Source: an uncultured Candidatus Binatia bacterium | Lineage (GTDB): Bacteria > Desulfobacterota > Binatia > Bin18 | Reading direction: 5' to 3' | Length of the DNA stretch: 64,000 bases | NCBI GenBank assembly: GCA_965220195.1 | Contig: CBDCPK010000005.1 | Span: 899,704-963,703, forward strand | In this document: piece by piece, positions 27,769 to 37,384 of the stretch | Layout: the number at the start of each line of letters is the position of its first letter | Position numbering within the stretch: position 1 is the first letter of the stretch | Notes under the pieces: generated by a model | What the model saw: only the letters and a program-made list of their open reading frames with translations | What the model was told of the DNA's origin: nothing | The model's database searches: none | Translations under genes and position numbers: made by a program

Positions 27769-28616
27769 CACCGGCCACACATTTTGCGGAACGAGAGCAT
27801 TTGATCTGTGCTGTCTCGCGGGTCATTGAGGAAGAAAAAAGCTATTGGGTCGGTGGTGGTGGCGAGCCCTTATACAGCATTTTACTGGCTCAGCGGCTGT
27901 ACGCCTCAGGCGTCCAATACATGACCGAGGATGGCGTGATTGCCCCGCAGTCCATGATGCCCTGGGACCCGCTTATGACCATGGTCGCCTCACGCGCCGG
28001 CTATCGCGCGCTCCAGTGGGGGACGATGAATACGGCGGGCAATTTTGCCCAACTCGGCTATGTCGATGTCGGTATCCTCAACACCCTCCAGGTTGATCGC
28101 TACGGCAATATCAATTCAACCGTATTGGGAGAATACGAAGGGGGCCAGGGCCGGCGTTTTGGCGGGCCGGGTGGTGCCGATACTATTGCTGCCCAATGCT
28201 GGCGCACAATTCTGATGACCGACCAACAAAAGCGGAAGTTCCCCGAACGGGTGGACTTTGTTTCATCACCGGGCTTTCTCGACGGACCAGGCGCGCGCGA
28301 GGCAAATGGCCTGCCCCCAGGCACCGGTCCCTGGCGCGTGTTCACCCCGTGGGCGATGTTCGGCTATGAAGAACAGTCGTGTGAGCTGATGCTTATGGCG
28401 ATTTCACCGTTTGTCACGGTCGATATGGTTCTGGCCGAGATGTCATTTGAGCCGAAAATAGCCCCGACCATCGAAACGCTTGACCCACCCATGGAAGAAG
28501 AGTTGGAGATCATCCGCACCCGGCTTGATACGGATGGGCAAACAACGGGCCGCGGGCAGTGGGTCGAAAAACGGGACGGCAAATATGTTTTTGCCGAAAC
28601 GCAGGGCCGCGAGTAA
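27765..28616 (+). CDS. CoA-transferase family I, subunit B
   Basis: Start ATG overlaps the subunit A stop (ATGA). Subunit B-like (…GGGG…EYEGGQG…). Confidence 0.8.
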   Translation: MTPATHFAEREHLICAVSRVIEEEKSYWVGGGGEPLYSILLAQRLYASGVQYMTEDGVIAPQSMMPWDPLMTMVASRAGYRALQWGTMNTAGNFAQLGYVDVGILNTLQVDRYGNINSTVLGEYEGGQGRRFGGPGGADTIAAQCWRTILMTDQQKRKFPERVDFVSSPGFLDGPGAREANGLPPGTGPWRVFTPWAMFGYEEQSCELMLMAISPFVTVDMVLAEMSFEPKIAPTIETLDPPMEEELEIIRTRLDTDGQTTGRGQWVEKRDGKYVFAETQGRE

Positions 28617-28671
28617 GGGGCCTCAAAGTCCTTGCGTCTATCTTCTGCTGGTGGGCAAGGGCCACGACGTA

Positions 28672-29160
28672 TTACTCCTCGCCGCTCCTCACACGATCAT
28701 TATTCTGCCCCGTTTCTTCCGCCCATTGCCGAGTAATTTTCTCCAGCCGTGCTGCATTTGTACTCGTCAGACCATGGATAAAGCGTCCCACCTTCGTCTG
28801 TCGCCAGATGGGAAGCCTTTTATGCTCAGGCATTGACTCAAAGGGGAAAAAGGTCTCACGATACAGTGCGGCTATGATTTTACGGGTTTGTTTTTTGTCA
28901 ATATTGCCCCAGCACCAACGGAAGAACTCTTGGAGTTGAAAGACGACGAGGGTGAAGAAAAAAGTTTCTAGCCACTCCTTGGGCGGTATCTTTTCTGGTT
29001 GCCTCCGGTCCGGCTCACTCTTCTTTGCCTCCTTTTTTGTGGCCGCAACTTTTTTCCTTGTGACCGATTTCTTCACGGTCCGGATTGTCTGTGGTCGTGT
29101 CCCCTTCTTTTTCAGTTGAGCTGTTGTTTTTTGCTCCTTTTGCGCCTTCCTCGCCATCAC
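28672..29160 (-). CDS. hypothetical protein with histone H1-like Lys/Ala/Thr-rich N-terminal tail
   Basis: 162 aa. The N-terminal 55 aa are highly basic (KAQKEQKTTAQLKKKGTRPQTIRTVKKSVTRKKVAATKKEAKK). A Trp/Phe-rich domain follows. The local region is lower-GC. Confidence 0.5.
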   Translation of the reverse strand: MMARKAQKEQKTTAQLKKKGTRPQTIRTVKKSVTRKKVAATKKEAKKSEPDRRQPEKIPPKEWLETFFFTLVVFQLQEFFRWCWGNIDKKQTRKIIAALYRETFFPFESMPEHKRLPIWRQTKVGRFIHGLTSTNAARLEKITRQWAEETGQNNDRVRSGEE

Positions 29161-29418
29161 TATATCATACCAAGACTTCCTTTTACGTCCATCGCTTTCT
29201 GAAATAGGCGGCTAAATTTTCTCCACAATATACTTATCCCTTGAGCTGTTTTGGGTAAAAGTCTTTTTACAACAGTGGCTTAAAAAGTACACAACGAAGC
29301 TCTCGAGTGCGTTTTCACACGGAAGCAGAATGACTTCTCCCCCGGAAAAGGCTGCTCTCTACGTCATGACGGGGAGTGGAGGCGAGGTGGACTTCCCCCT
29401 GGAATCGGGGATGAGGGA

Positions 29419-30489
29419 CTAGCCGCCGCCGGGCGAAGCAGCAGGCGTCTCCACCCGCTGGGAGCCAGGGGCCGGCAGACCGCAGGCTTCGGCGATGAGT
29501 TCATAGGAGCGTACGCGCTTGGAAAAATCATAACAAATCGTAACAACGCCGAGGTCGGTGGTCTGAAAGACCTCGGCCAGATGTTCGAGTTGCTCTTTCA
29601 CCTGCTGTGGGTCTCCGTCGACATTGGCGCGGCGGTATTGTTCCAGATAGGCCAGTTCGTCAGCGCTATACGGGTAGGCGCGAGCTTCCTCAGGCGTGGG
29701 GACCCCGTGCCGGCGACCGCGGATGATGTTCAGCCGTACCAGATTTCTGCTTGCCGACAGATAGTGCGCCTCTTCTTCGGTCTCCGCACATAAAGCCTGA
29801 ACGGTCACGTTGACTTTGGGCTCGGCCAAGGCTTCCGACGGACGAAAGTGGCGGCGGTAGCTCTCAACAATAGCCGGCCCATGCTGGACGCCCATCCCGA
29901 AGAAATAAGCGTAGCTAAACGGCAGACTCCGCTCAGCTGCAATGAGGGCCGAGTCAATGCCCGAGCCGAGCAACCACACCTCCGGTGTGGTGCCTGCTGT
30001 TGGTCCGGCATGCACATCGGCAAACCGATGATCCGGCGGGAGATCATCTGCCAGGTAGGCAATCAGGTCGTCGACCTGCTCCGGGTAATACCGAATATCG
30101 CGGGGTTGGCCGGGGTAGGAGAGCGCAACCGCGGTCCGCTGATCGCTCCCCGGCGCACGGCCAAGACCGAGGTCTATGCGGCCAGGATAAAAGGATTCAA
30201 GGACGCGAAATATCTCGGCAACTTTGAGGGCGCTATAGTGGGACAGCATCACGCCCCCGCTCCCGACTCGAATATGTTGCGTACGGGCGGCAATTTGGCC
30301 AATCACGATTTCCGGACTGGTCCCGGCAAAGCCGGGCAGATTGTGATGCTCGGCCACCCAGAAGCGTTCATAGCCGAATTTTTCTACCGCCTCAGCAAGA
30401 GCGACCGTCTCCCGCAACGCTTGGGCGGCTGTCCCCCCTTGTCGGACAGGGGACTGATCCGCCACACTCAAATGCAGTGGTTGGGCCAT
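29419..30489 (-). CDS. LLM class flavin-dependent oxidoreductase (MsnO8-like)
   Basis: 356 aa. FGYERFWVAEHHN...GSGGVMLSHYS is typical of luciferase-like monooxygenases. Confidence 0.8.
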   Translation of the reverse strand: MAQPLHLSVADQSPVRQGGTAAQALRETVALAEAVEKFGYERFWVAEHHNLPGFAGTSPEIVIGQIAARTQHIRVGSGGVMLSHYSALKVAEIFRVLESFYPGRIDLGLGRAPGSDQRTAVALSYPGQPRDIRYYPEQVDDLIAYLADDLPPDHRFADVHAGPTAGTTPEVWLLGSGIDSALIAAERSLPFSYAYFFGMGVQHGPAIVESYRRHFRPSEALAEPKVNVTVQALCAETEEEAHYLSASRNLVRLNIIRGRRHGVPTPEEARAYPYSADELAYLEQYRRANVDGDPQQVKEQLEHLAEVFQTTDLGVVTICYDFSKRVRSYELIAEACGLPAPGSQRVETPAASPGGG

Positions 30490-30550
30490 AGCTTAAAAAA
30501 AGGGCAGCCCCGTAGGACTGCCCCCTGTTGCCTTGTCTGCGAGACAGGTT

Positions 30551-31435
30551 TTATGCCGTCTGTTCCTTAAAGAACGTTCCGATCTCTTCGATAGCCTGCT
30601 GGCCTTCGGGAAGAATCGGCGCAAACAAATGCCACACATGCGGCATTTCATCCCAGATTTTCAGCGTCACATCGACATCTGCTTTCCGGGCGCGTTCCGT
30701 GATTCTTGTGGCGTCGTCCAGCAAGGTCTCTGCATCTCCGACCTGAATCAGCAATGGCGGCAGACCCGCAAGATTGGCATGCAGCGGAGCAGCCAGCGGG
30801 TTTTTCGGGTCCGCGCCGCCCAAATATATCTTGGCCATACCGAGCAGACCCTCTTTCTGGACAACCGGATCGACCGCCGCCCGCGTGGTCATCGACTCTC
30901 CCATCCCTTCCATATCGACCCAGGGCGAAATACCAATGCCCGCGGCCGGCACAGGCTCCCCGGCGTCACGGATAGCGATGAGGGCGGCAAGCGCGAGGCC
31001 GCCACCAGCCGAGTCCCCGGCAATAGCCATGTTTGAGGCCTGAATACCCTGTCCGAGCAACCAACGGTAGGCCGCCACCGCATCATCGACGGGAGCGGGG
31101 AAGGGATGCTCGGGAGCCAGACGATAGTTGAGGGAGAGCACGCGGGCGCCCGCAGCCTGTGACAGACGACCGGTCATATCGCGGTGGGACCCGGCGGAGC
31201 CCATCACATATCCGCCACCATGGACGTACAAGATGACCTTATCCTGGTCCGCGCCATCGGCAACGCTCCATTCGGCAGACACCCCACCAGCTTCAACCGG
31301 GGTACACGTTACGCCAGCCGGGGCTTGCGCTTCTATCATGATCGCGCGCATGGCGTTGATATCTTTTGCCTCGGCCATCTTCGCCCCCATCTCTTTGAAC
31401 ATATCGAGGGTCTGTTGTAGTTGTGGACTTGCCAT
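30551..31435 (-). CDS. alpha/beta hydrolase (hormone-sensitive-lipase-type esterase)
   Basis: HGGGYVMGS oxyanion motif, GDSAGG nucleophile elbow, and an apparent catalytic Asp/His near the C-terminus. Confidence 0.8.
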   Translation of the reverse strand: MASPQLQQTLDMFKEMGAKMAEAKDINAMRAIMIEAQAPAGVTCTPVEAGGVSAEWSVADGADQDKVILYVHGGGYVMGSAGSHRDMTGRLSQAAGARVLSLNYRLAPEHPFPAPVDDAVAAYRWLLGQGIQASNMAIAGDSAGGGLALAALIAIRDAGEPVPAAGIGISPWVDMEGMGESMTTRAAVDPVVQKEGLLGMAKIYLGGADPKNPLAAPLHANLAGLPPLLIQVGDAETLLDDATRITERARKADVDVTLKIWDEMPHVWHLFAPILPEGQQAIEEIGTFFKEQTA

Positions 31436-31541
31436 AGAGAACCTCCTTTTTTTTATAGATCAATCGTCTCGCCGGACTCGAAACGTATAACCGGTATAAC
31501 CCCGGCCGGGTGTTGTCAACTCAAACGGGTCAGAACACCCT

Positions 31542-32249
31542 CTAGGGGGACTCAAGCGCCGTCAGCAGTTCGTCCAGGCGATGGACGACATGGCAGTCTT
31601 CGGTGTGCTGCTGACGACCGGAGCGCTCAATCAGGACCGGAGTGAGTCCGGCCTGCTGCGCGCCAACAATATCCAGCTCGTAGCTGTCACCGATATGCAG
31701 GGCTTCCTGCGGCTGGATACCACATCCCGCGAGTGCTTTCTGAAAGATGGCGGTCTCGGGCTTGGCCGCCCCGGCGTACGTCGAGGCGACAATAGGGTCG
31801 AAGAAGTGGCCGATGTCCAAGCCGTCCAGCACGCCAAACAGGCGCGCGTCGAAATTTGAAATCACCCCGAGACGATATCCCCGCGCGTGCAGGGCCGTCA
31901 GCGTCTGGCGAGCTTCCGGATAAAGTTGCCACGCCTGCGGTTCGGCAAAGAAATCGTACAGGGCCGTGAAGTAAGCTTCAAAACCGGGAAACGGACCGAG
32001 CGGGGCAAAGACCTGCTGAACCAGATCATGCCACCAGGCTTTCTCCAGCCGCGGAATCTGGGCCGCGCCCGCACCCGGAAAGGCCATGGGCGGCGCGGTG
32101 GCAAAGCAGCGTCGAAAGCCGGCTTCCAGGTCTTGGACGCTGACGATTTTACCATACTCACGGGCCAGTCGGGCATAGGTTTCACCAACTGAACCGTTCA
32201 CGCGGAACAGCGTGCCCGCGGCATCGAAAAATATAACGCGAATATCCAT
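31542..32249 (-). CDS. HAD-IA family hydrolase
   Basis: The true start is MDIRVIFFDAAGTLF (DxDGT-type motif I). The ORF-track N-terminal extension (MRQRVNVFSHRHGMLNTFTLSS) is translation of the adjacent 51-bp repeat. Confidence 0.8.
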   Translation of the reverse strand: MDIRVIFFDAAGTLFRVNGSVGETYARLAREYGKIVSVQDLEAGFRRCFATAPPMAFPGAGAAQIPRLEKAWWHDLVQQVFAPLGPFPGFEAYFTALYDFFAEPQAWQLYPEARQTLTALHARGYRLGVISNFDARLFGVLDGLDIGHFFDPIVASTYAGAAKPETAIFQKALAGCGIQPQEALHIGDSYELDIVGAQQAGLTPVLIERSGRQQHTEDCHVVHRLDELLTALESP

Positions 32250-32257
32250 CCGGCTAG

Positions 32258-32311
32258 AAAGAGTAAACGTGTTCAGCATCCCATGTCTATGGGAGAACAC
32301 GTTTACTCTTT
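32258..32311. repeat. palindromic MITE/REP-like element, copy 6
   Basis: AAAGAGTAAACGTGTtCAGCATcccatgtctATgGGAGaACACGTTTACTCTTT, overlapping the aminotransferase 3' end and upstream of the HAD gene. Confidence 0.8.
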
Positions 32312-33534
32312 GCCTCACCGTCCGTCTTCATTATCTCATCCAGCGCGGTTAACAAGGCATCGAGGTCGTCCCGGCTGGTATAGTAATGAATCGAGACCCG
32401 TAGCCCGCCAACCCCGGAGCAGTACCGCACGGTCGGATAGATGTTCCGGGCTTCCAGCGCCTGATTGAGTTGGTGGACCCGGTCCGCGTCCGGAAACGGC
32501 TCGCAGGTGATAATGCCCGACCGCAGCGCGTGCGCCTCTTGGGTCCAGACCTTGATGTCGCGGCGTTTCAGCTCCTCTATCAGAAAGTCGCCCAGCGACA
32601 GAATATGCTCGGTGACGGCGGCGGAGTCGAGCTGGTTGACATAGGCCAGCGACTCCGCCAGGCCAGCGGTCCCAAGATTTTTGGGCATGCCATGCACCTC
32701 AAACCGGCGGGCGTCCGAGGCCAAAGGCAGGGACATAAAAGGTGTCAGTCCTGGGTCGCCAAGATAGCGTAGCCAGCCTTCCGGTGGCTCGGCCAGCGCG
32801 AACAGACCGTGCGCCAAGCCCGGTTCGACCTGCTCCTGAATTCCTGAACGGATGTATAACAGTCCGATATTAAACGGTGCGTTCAGCCATTTCTGGGCAC
32901 CCGCGGCCAGGAAGTCAATGTGCAGATCCGAAACGTCGAGCGGCAGGGCGCCCAACTGCTGAATGGCGTCCACCACCAGAAAACAGCCCCGCTCTTCAGC
33001 CAGGTGTGAAAACGCGGCCAGATCCATGCGCAGGCCGTTGATCCATTGCACCGAGCTCACCACAATCGCGCGGGTGTGTTGGTCTATCAGCCGGGTATAG
33101 TCATCCACCCCAATCAAGCCGTCCCGATGACGTGCAACCCGAACCTCAACTGCCTGATGCTTCTGGGAGTGCGCGGCGCTGATGGCAACCTGCGGATACT
33201 CCAGGTCGCACAGCACAATATTGTCCCCAGGCGCAAAAGGAATGGCAGCCAGGGCGGTGTTCAGCCCCATGGTGGTATCATCGGTAAAGGCGATTTCCGT
33301 AGGCTGAGCTCTGAGCAGCCGAGCGGCTTCCTGTCTGGCCTGAACGCTCGGTTTACCTAGCGCCTGATAATAGGCTGGGTAGCCCATCTCAGCCGGCCCC
33401 TGACCGAGCAGGGTCGCCGCGCGTTGGACGGCCTGGGTGGCGGACCTCGGCGGCAGCCCAATCCCGGCGGCATTCAGATAGACCTGTTGTGTTGTTCCCG
33501 GAAAATCCGCGCGTATTGCGTTCACGTCAAACAT
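32287..33534 (-). CDS. aminotransferase class V (cysteine desulfurase/kynureninase-like fold)
   Basis: 415 aa class V PLP enzyme-like sequence. Its last residues ...EAKSKRVLP and the stop are encoded by the 51-bp repeat at 32258-32311. Confidence 0.75.
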   Translation of the reverse strand: MFDVNAIRADFPGTTQQVYLNAAGIGLPPRSATQAVQRAATLLGQGPAEMGYPAYYQALGKPSVQARQEAARLLRAQPTEIAFTDDTTMGLNTALAAIPFAPGDNIVLCDLEYPQVAISAAHSQKHQAVEVRVARHRDGLIGVDDYTRLIDQHTRAIVVSSVQWINGLRMDLAAFSHLAEERGCFLVVDAIQQLGALPLDVSDLHIDFLAAGAQKWLNAPFNIGLLYIRSGIQEQVEPGLAHGLFALAEPPEGWLRYLGDPGLTPFMSLPLASDARRFEVHGMPKNLGTAGLAESLAYVNQLDSAAVTEHILSLGDFLIEELKRRDIKVWTQEAHALRSGIITCEPFPDADRVHQLNQALEARNIYPTVRYCSGVGGLRVSIHYYTSRDDLDALLTALDEIMKTDGEAKSKRVLP

Positions 33535-33628
33535 ACGCCCTCCCAAAGCGCCATTACTGTCAGATTCACCCGCTGCCCAGCATCGATGGGTCCGGCATGT
33601 TTGTCAACAAAAACCGTGCACTCCTCGA

Positions 33629-34183
33629 CTAATGATACACTACGCGCTCTTCACCGGACGAGCTAATCTCACCCAGGAGGCGGTCAATGGTGATCCGAAG
33701 CTGGCGCTCATTTTCTTTGAGCCGGGCGTCTATGGCGGCAAGGGCTCGGCCCTCTCCGGCTCGCTCCCGGAAGGCGTCGAGCTGGATTTCCAGGCGCTCG
33801 GCAAGCAAACGATCAGTGTCCGCCAAGGCGGGCAGGCTGAGGCGTCCGGTGTCCAGTTCATCTGCAACAGTCAGCAGACGATTGAGTAAGCCCGTGTGGT
33901 ATTTGCCAACTGCTGTCAGCAGGGACGAGTCTTGACGAATGGGCCTGAGAAAAAAGGCACTCCCAAACGCCTGAACAGCCCCAGCCAAGTCGCCTCGTTC
34001 GAGCAGTTCATCGCCGCGCTGACAGCGCAGACTCTGACGACGAAAAGCCGCCCGTTCAAACAGGCCGCCAAAGGAAGTACGGAATCCCCCCAGAAAAACC
34101 TTGCCCAGGATATAAAGGAGGCCAATACTGATGGCCAGAAAGCACAGGCTCAAGAGCAGCGTGAGAGCAGACACGTCCAGCAT
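33629..34183 (-). CDS. hypothetical membrane-anchored protein
   Basis: N-terminal TM helix LTLLLSLCFLAISIGLLYIL followed by an Arg/Leu/Glu-rich region that looks coiled-coil-like. Confidence 0.4.
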   Translation of the reverse strand: MLDVSALTLLLSLCFLAISIGLLYILGKVFLGGFRTSFGGLFERAAFRRQSLRCQRGDELLERGDLAGAVQAFGSAFFLRPIRQDSSLLTAVGKYHTGLLNRLLTVADELDTGRLSLPALADTDRLLAERLEIQLDAFRERAGEGRALAAIDARLKENERQLRITIDRLLGEISSSGEERVVYH

Positions 34184-34444
34184 GCCGCCACCTTACCACC
34201 TCTTATGCGGGAGGGCAGTGGGGAGTGACACAGGAGCATGGTGGCGAATATCCCGAGTACGGGAACAGGCATGAATACCCTTGCATGATCGACCGCATGC
34301 GCAGGGGCTTGTCTCCCTCCCGCATGGACTGACGCCGTTGTCCGCAACCCGCATAGGTCATCATTTTTTCTTGGTGTCCGCGGTTTTTCCCGTAGTCTTG
34401 CTCTTCTTGATTTTGCGGCGGACATTTTGCCTCGATGGGGGCCG

Positions 34445-34963
34445 CTATGCAATGCCTTGCTCAATATACTCACGGGCAAACTTGACATAATTATTGGCCG
34501 AGCGGTGGAGCGAGGCAACTTCCTCGGGGGTGAGCGAGCGCACTATCTTGCCTGGATTCCCAAGGACCAACGAATGCGGCGGAATCTTCGTTCGTGGGGT
34601 GACCACCGCGCCGGCGCCAATCAGACATTCTTTCCCCACTTCAGCCCCATCCAAGACAATAGCACCCATGCCGACCAGGGTGAAATCACCAATAGTGCAG
34701 GCGTGGATCACTACATTATGGGCGACCGAGACGCCATCCCCAAGAATGGTTGGAATGCCTCCACTAAAGACATGAATAGTGGCATTGTCCTGGATGTTGA
34801 CCCGTGCTCCGATTCGGATCACGCACACATCACCGCGGACCACCGCGTTAAACCAGACGCTGGACTGCGGACCGATCCGAACATCGCCGATAATCTGAGC
34901 ACTCCGCTGGATATAGGCGCTGGAATCGATCTGAGGCGTCATCCCGTGGTGGGTGATAATCAT
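34445..34963 (-). CDS. gamma-carbonic anhydrase family (left-handed beta-helix hexapeptide) protein
   Basis: 172 aa. IDSSAYIQRSAQIIGDVRIGPQSSVWFNAVVRGD... hexapeptide repeats with the His ligands of gamma-CA/PaaY. Confidence 0.8.
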   Translation of the reverse strand: MIITHHGMTPQIDSSAYIQRSAQIIGDVRIGPQSSVWFNAVVRGDVCVIRIGARVNIQDNATIHVFSGGIPTILGDGVSVAHNVVIHACTIGDFTLVGMGAIVLDGAEVGKECLIGAGAVVTPRTKIPPHSLVLGNPGKIVRSLTPEEVASLHRSANNYVKFAREYIEQGIA

Positions 34964-35126
34964 AGCGTTCTCCGTTCTGTCGGATCGTCATAAGCGCTGA
35001 CTTACCCTGGGTCAAGGAGACCGGCTTACGATGGGCTGACCAGCCCAAACCGCATTCCCTCTTGTCCCCGTGTATGGAAGGGTCTATGAAGGTCAAAGAA
35101 AGATAGAGACGACGAGCGGACGTATC

Positions 35127-36278
35127 ATGAGCCGGACTTCTCTTTTCGCTGGTCTCGTGTTTGGGGCAGGACTTGTCCTCCTGAGTGCGACCCAGGTTCT
35201 GACCCAAGAGAGAACGTTGCAAACCGAAGGCTGGCAGGGCAAGCGACCACAGCCCTCGGAGCAGCGGACCCCCGCTCCAGCCCCGCAGCGGCTAGCTCCC
35301 TCCGGGAAGCAGGTGCTCGAAATTCCCGTCCAGCCCCAACGCCCCGCCCTTCCGCCTCAGAGCCAGCAGGCGAGCCTCCCGCCTCGCCTCCAGCCTCTCC
35401 GCCCGCGTCCCAAACAACTGGTGACCGTTACCGTGACGGATCAAAATGGCGGCTACGTGCCCGGACTGCAAACGAACGATTTTGTGGTGTATGAAGGCGA
35501 CACGCGTCAGGAGATTACCTACTTCAATACCGGCGAGAATGAACCGGTCAGTCTGGGCTTAATCGTCGATTCGAGCGGCAGCATGCAGAATAAAATTGGG
35601 CACGCGCGCCACGCCCTGCAGCGGTTTATCGGCTCTATTAAGCCGCAGGACGAGGGCTTCCTGGTTGGATTCAGCGCACAGCCGTTTGTGCTGCAAGACT
35701 TCACGGACAGTCGGATGCTCCTGGCGCAGGGCATCGGCCTCCTCCGTCCACGGGGCGGAACCTCCCTATACGACGCGATTCTCACCGGTCTGCGGCGGAT
35801 GAGACAGGGTAAACACCGCAAGAAAGCCCTGATTGTGATGACCGACGGCATGGATACCGCCAGCCTATCCTCCCTCACGCAAACGATTGCCGTCTCGCAA
35901 CGCGCCGGCGTGCTGATTTACACGATTGGGATCGGCAATCCGCACCACCGTTACACGGCCGGTGGAAGCGGATTCGCTATCGGCCCATTCGGCGTTGTCG
36001 TTGGTGGGCATGATGAGCGTGTGGATTCACGAACGCTTCGGCGGTTGAGTGATGAAACCGGCGGACGCCACTTCCTGCTCAATACCAGGGATGTAGTCAA
36101 CAGCAGAACCGTGCTTGATACGGCGACCCAGACGATCTCGCGCGAACTCCGCTTCCAGTACAGTCTCGGCTACGTGTCCTCGGGAGGTGGCAATCAGTAC
36201 CGGAGTGTCCGCGTGGAAAGCACCCGGCCAGACGTCGTGATCCGCACCCAAAAGGGCTATGTGGCTGAGAGAGAGTAA
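35127..36278 (+). CDS. VWA domain-containing secreted protein with Pro/Gln-rich linker
   Basis: Signal peptide, PQ-rich low-complexity stretch, then vWA MIDAS (LIVDSSGSM...TSLYDA...MTDGMDT). The stop TAA is the first bases of the 51-bp repeat at 36270. Confidence 0.75.
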   Translation: MSRTSLFAGLVFGAGLVLLSATQVLTQERTLQTEGWQGKRPQPSEQRTPAPAPQRLAPSGKQVLEIPVQPQRPALPPQSQQASLPPRLQPLRPRPKQLVTVTVTDQNGGYVPGLQTNDFVVYEGDTRQEITYFNTGENEPVSLGLIVDSSGSMQNKIGHARHALQRFIGSIKPQDEGFLVGFSAQPFVLQDFTDSRMLLAQGIGLLRPRGGTSLYDAILTGLRRMRQGKHRKKALIVMTDGMDTASLSSLTQTIAVSQRAGVLIYTIGIGNPHHRYTAGGSGFAIGPFGVVVGGHDERVDSRTLRRLSDETGGRHFLLNTRDVVNSRTVLDTATQTISRELRFQYSLGYVSSGGGNQYRSVRVESTRPDVVIRTQKGYVAERE

Positions 36279-36322
36279 ACGTGTCCTCCAATGAGCGTGG
36301 ATAATGCTGGACACGTTCGCTC
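36270..36322. repeat. palindromic MITE/REP-like element, copy 7 (inverse orientation; right arm degenerate)
   Basis: GAGAGTAAACGTGTCCTCCAATgagcgtggataATGCTGGACACGTTcgCTCc. Supplies the VWA gene stop codon. Confidence 0.7.
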
Positions 36323-36354
36323 CTTGTAGCACGGCAGCCGCCTGCCCGGCCCTG

Positions 36355-36738
36355 TTATTTTTTCTTCAGCAGGTTCTCGCGGACCTTTTCGCGATCAAGC
36401 GGCGTGGTTGCCAGCGTGTCAAATATGCTGGCCAGGGCTTGCATACAACGGACAAAATCCGGCCAGACCGCCTGGGGGCTGGTAAAAGTCAGGTGAGTCG
36501 AATGCACACCTTCGTGGGTGTGGGACTCTCCACCGTCACGCGTGCTTTTGACATCAAACGGCCGCGCCGCTGTCGTAATAGTGAGGTGGAAGACATCTGA
36601 GTCCTCCTCGCCAACCGGACGACGCAGCTCCATGGATAAGCCACCATCGCCACCGTCTACCTCAACGATATACCATGCGCCCGGATAGGCGCTGGAGACT
36701 TGTATCTTGGGAAGCTTTTCTGTTGGGTCGGTTGCCAT
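36355..36738 (-). CDS. hypothetical protein
   Basis: 127-aa ORF with coding-like composition, no named motif. Confidence 0.4.
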   Translation of the reverse strand: MATDPTEKLPKIQVSSAYPGAWYIVEVDGGDGGLSMELRRPVGEEDSDVFHLTITTAARPFDVKSTRDGGESHTHEGVHSTHLTFTSPQAVWPDFVRCMQALASIFDTLATTPLDREKVRENLLKKK

Positions 36739-36739
36739 G

Positions 36740-37384
36740 GGTTGCCACCTGAAAAATAGAAAGGCCCTGTGAGGGGCCTTTCTTCTGAATTTGCTCGCCT
36801 GTAGATCAACCTCAGGGTTGATCCTGTCTACCTCGCAGTAGCGTCCGCGTCCGGAGTGTGGAGGTCGAAAGAACAGCTAGGGAAGCGGGTTGGTCCCCTC
36901 GCGCTTATTTTCAACGACTTCCATTCTTGGTTGGGAACCCCATTCCTGACCGTGAACCCTAGGCAAAGCTCGTTCTGAAACAGTTCTTTACCAAAACAGC
37001 AGAAAAGCGTCAATGCCCAAATGGCATTTTGGAAAAGTTTTTTCAAAAAAAAGTCCTTTTGAAATAGGGAGTTCGTCAACTTAAAATGGTGTTGCTAAAA
37101 ACGGATGTCCCAAAATAACAGAACGTTCTAAATTCAACCCCCAGCTCCGATACGATTCGACACAAGCAGTGCTTTTTGTGATGCCTCAGGTATTGACCCT
37201 GGGGGTGGAGTTCGCTAGGCTGCTGGATGCGTAGAGACGTCCGGAGTGTGGGAACCCCGCCGTCTTGAGCCCTAGGCCCGGATGTCTCATCCGGGCCTTT
37301 TTTTGACCCTTCTCCTCATGTTTTTCAGGCACTTCAATCTTCTTCATACCGACCGACCCCGTTAAAGAAGAACAAGGAAGAACG
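36740..37384. other. about 640-bp AT-rich non-coding region with duplicated motifs (CGTCCGGAGTGTGG...GGGAACCCC...CCCTAGGC at about 36850 and about 37235) and hairpins
   Basis: No ORF. GC is visibly lower than the flanks. Internal repeat structure. See findings. Confidence 0.5.
37275..37304 (+). terminator. intrinsic terminator-like hairpin (GGCCCGGATG-tctc-ATCCGGGCC followed by TTTTTTT)
   Basis: A 9-bp perfect GC-rich stem plus a 7-T run on the plus strand, about 80 nt upstream of the beta-helix gene start. Confidence 0.5.

Noticed and set aside
36765-36790. Hairpin GGCCCTGTGAGGGGCC flanked by T-rich sequence, as a terminator
   Set aside because: It is symmetric, with T-runs on both strands. 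It sits 5' of the minus-strand hypothetical gene and has no plus-strand gene upstream that it would obviously terminate. Function is undetermined, and it is mentioned only within the non-coding-island finding.
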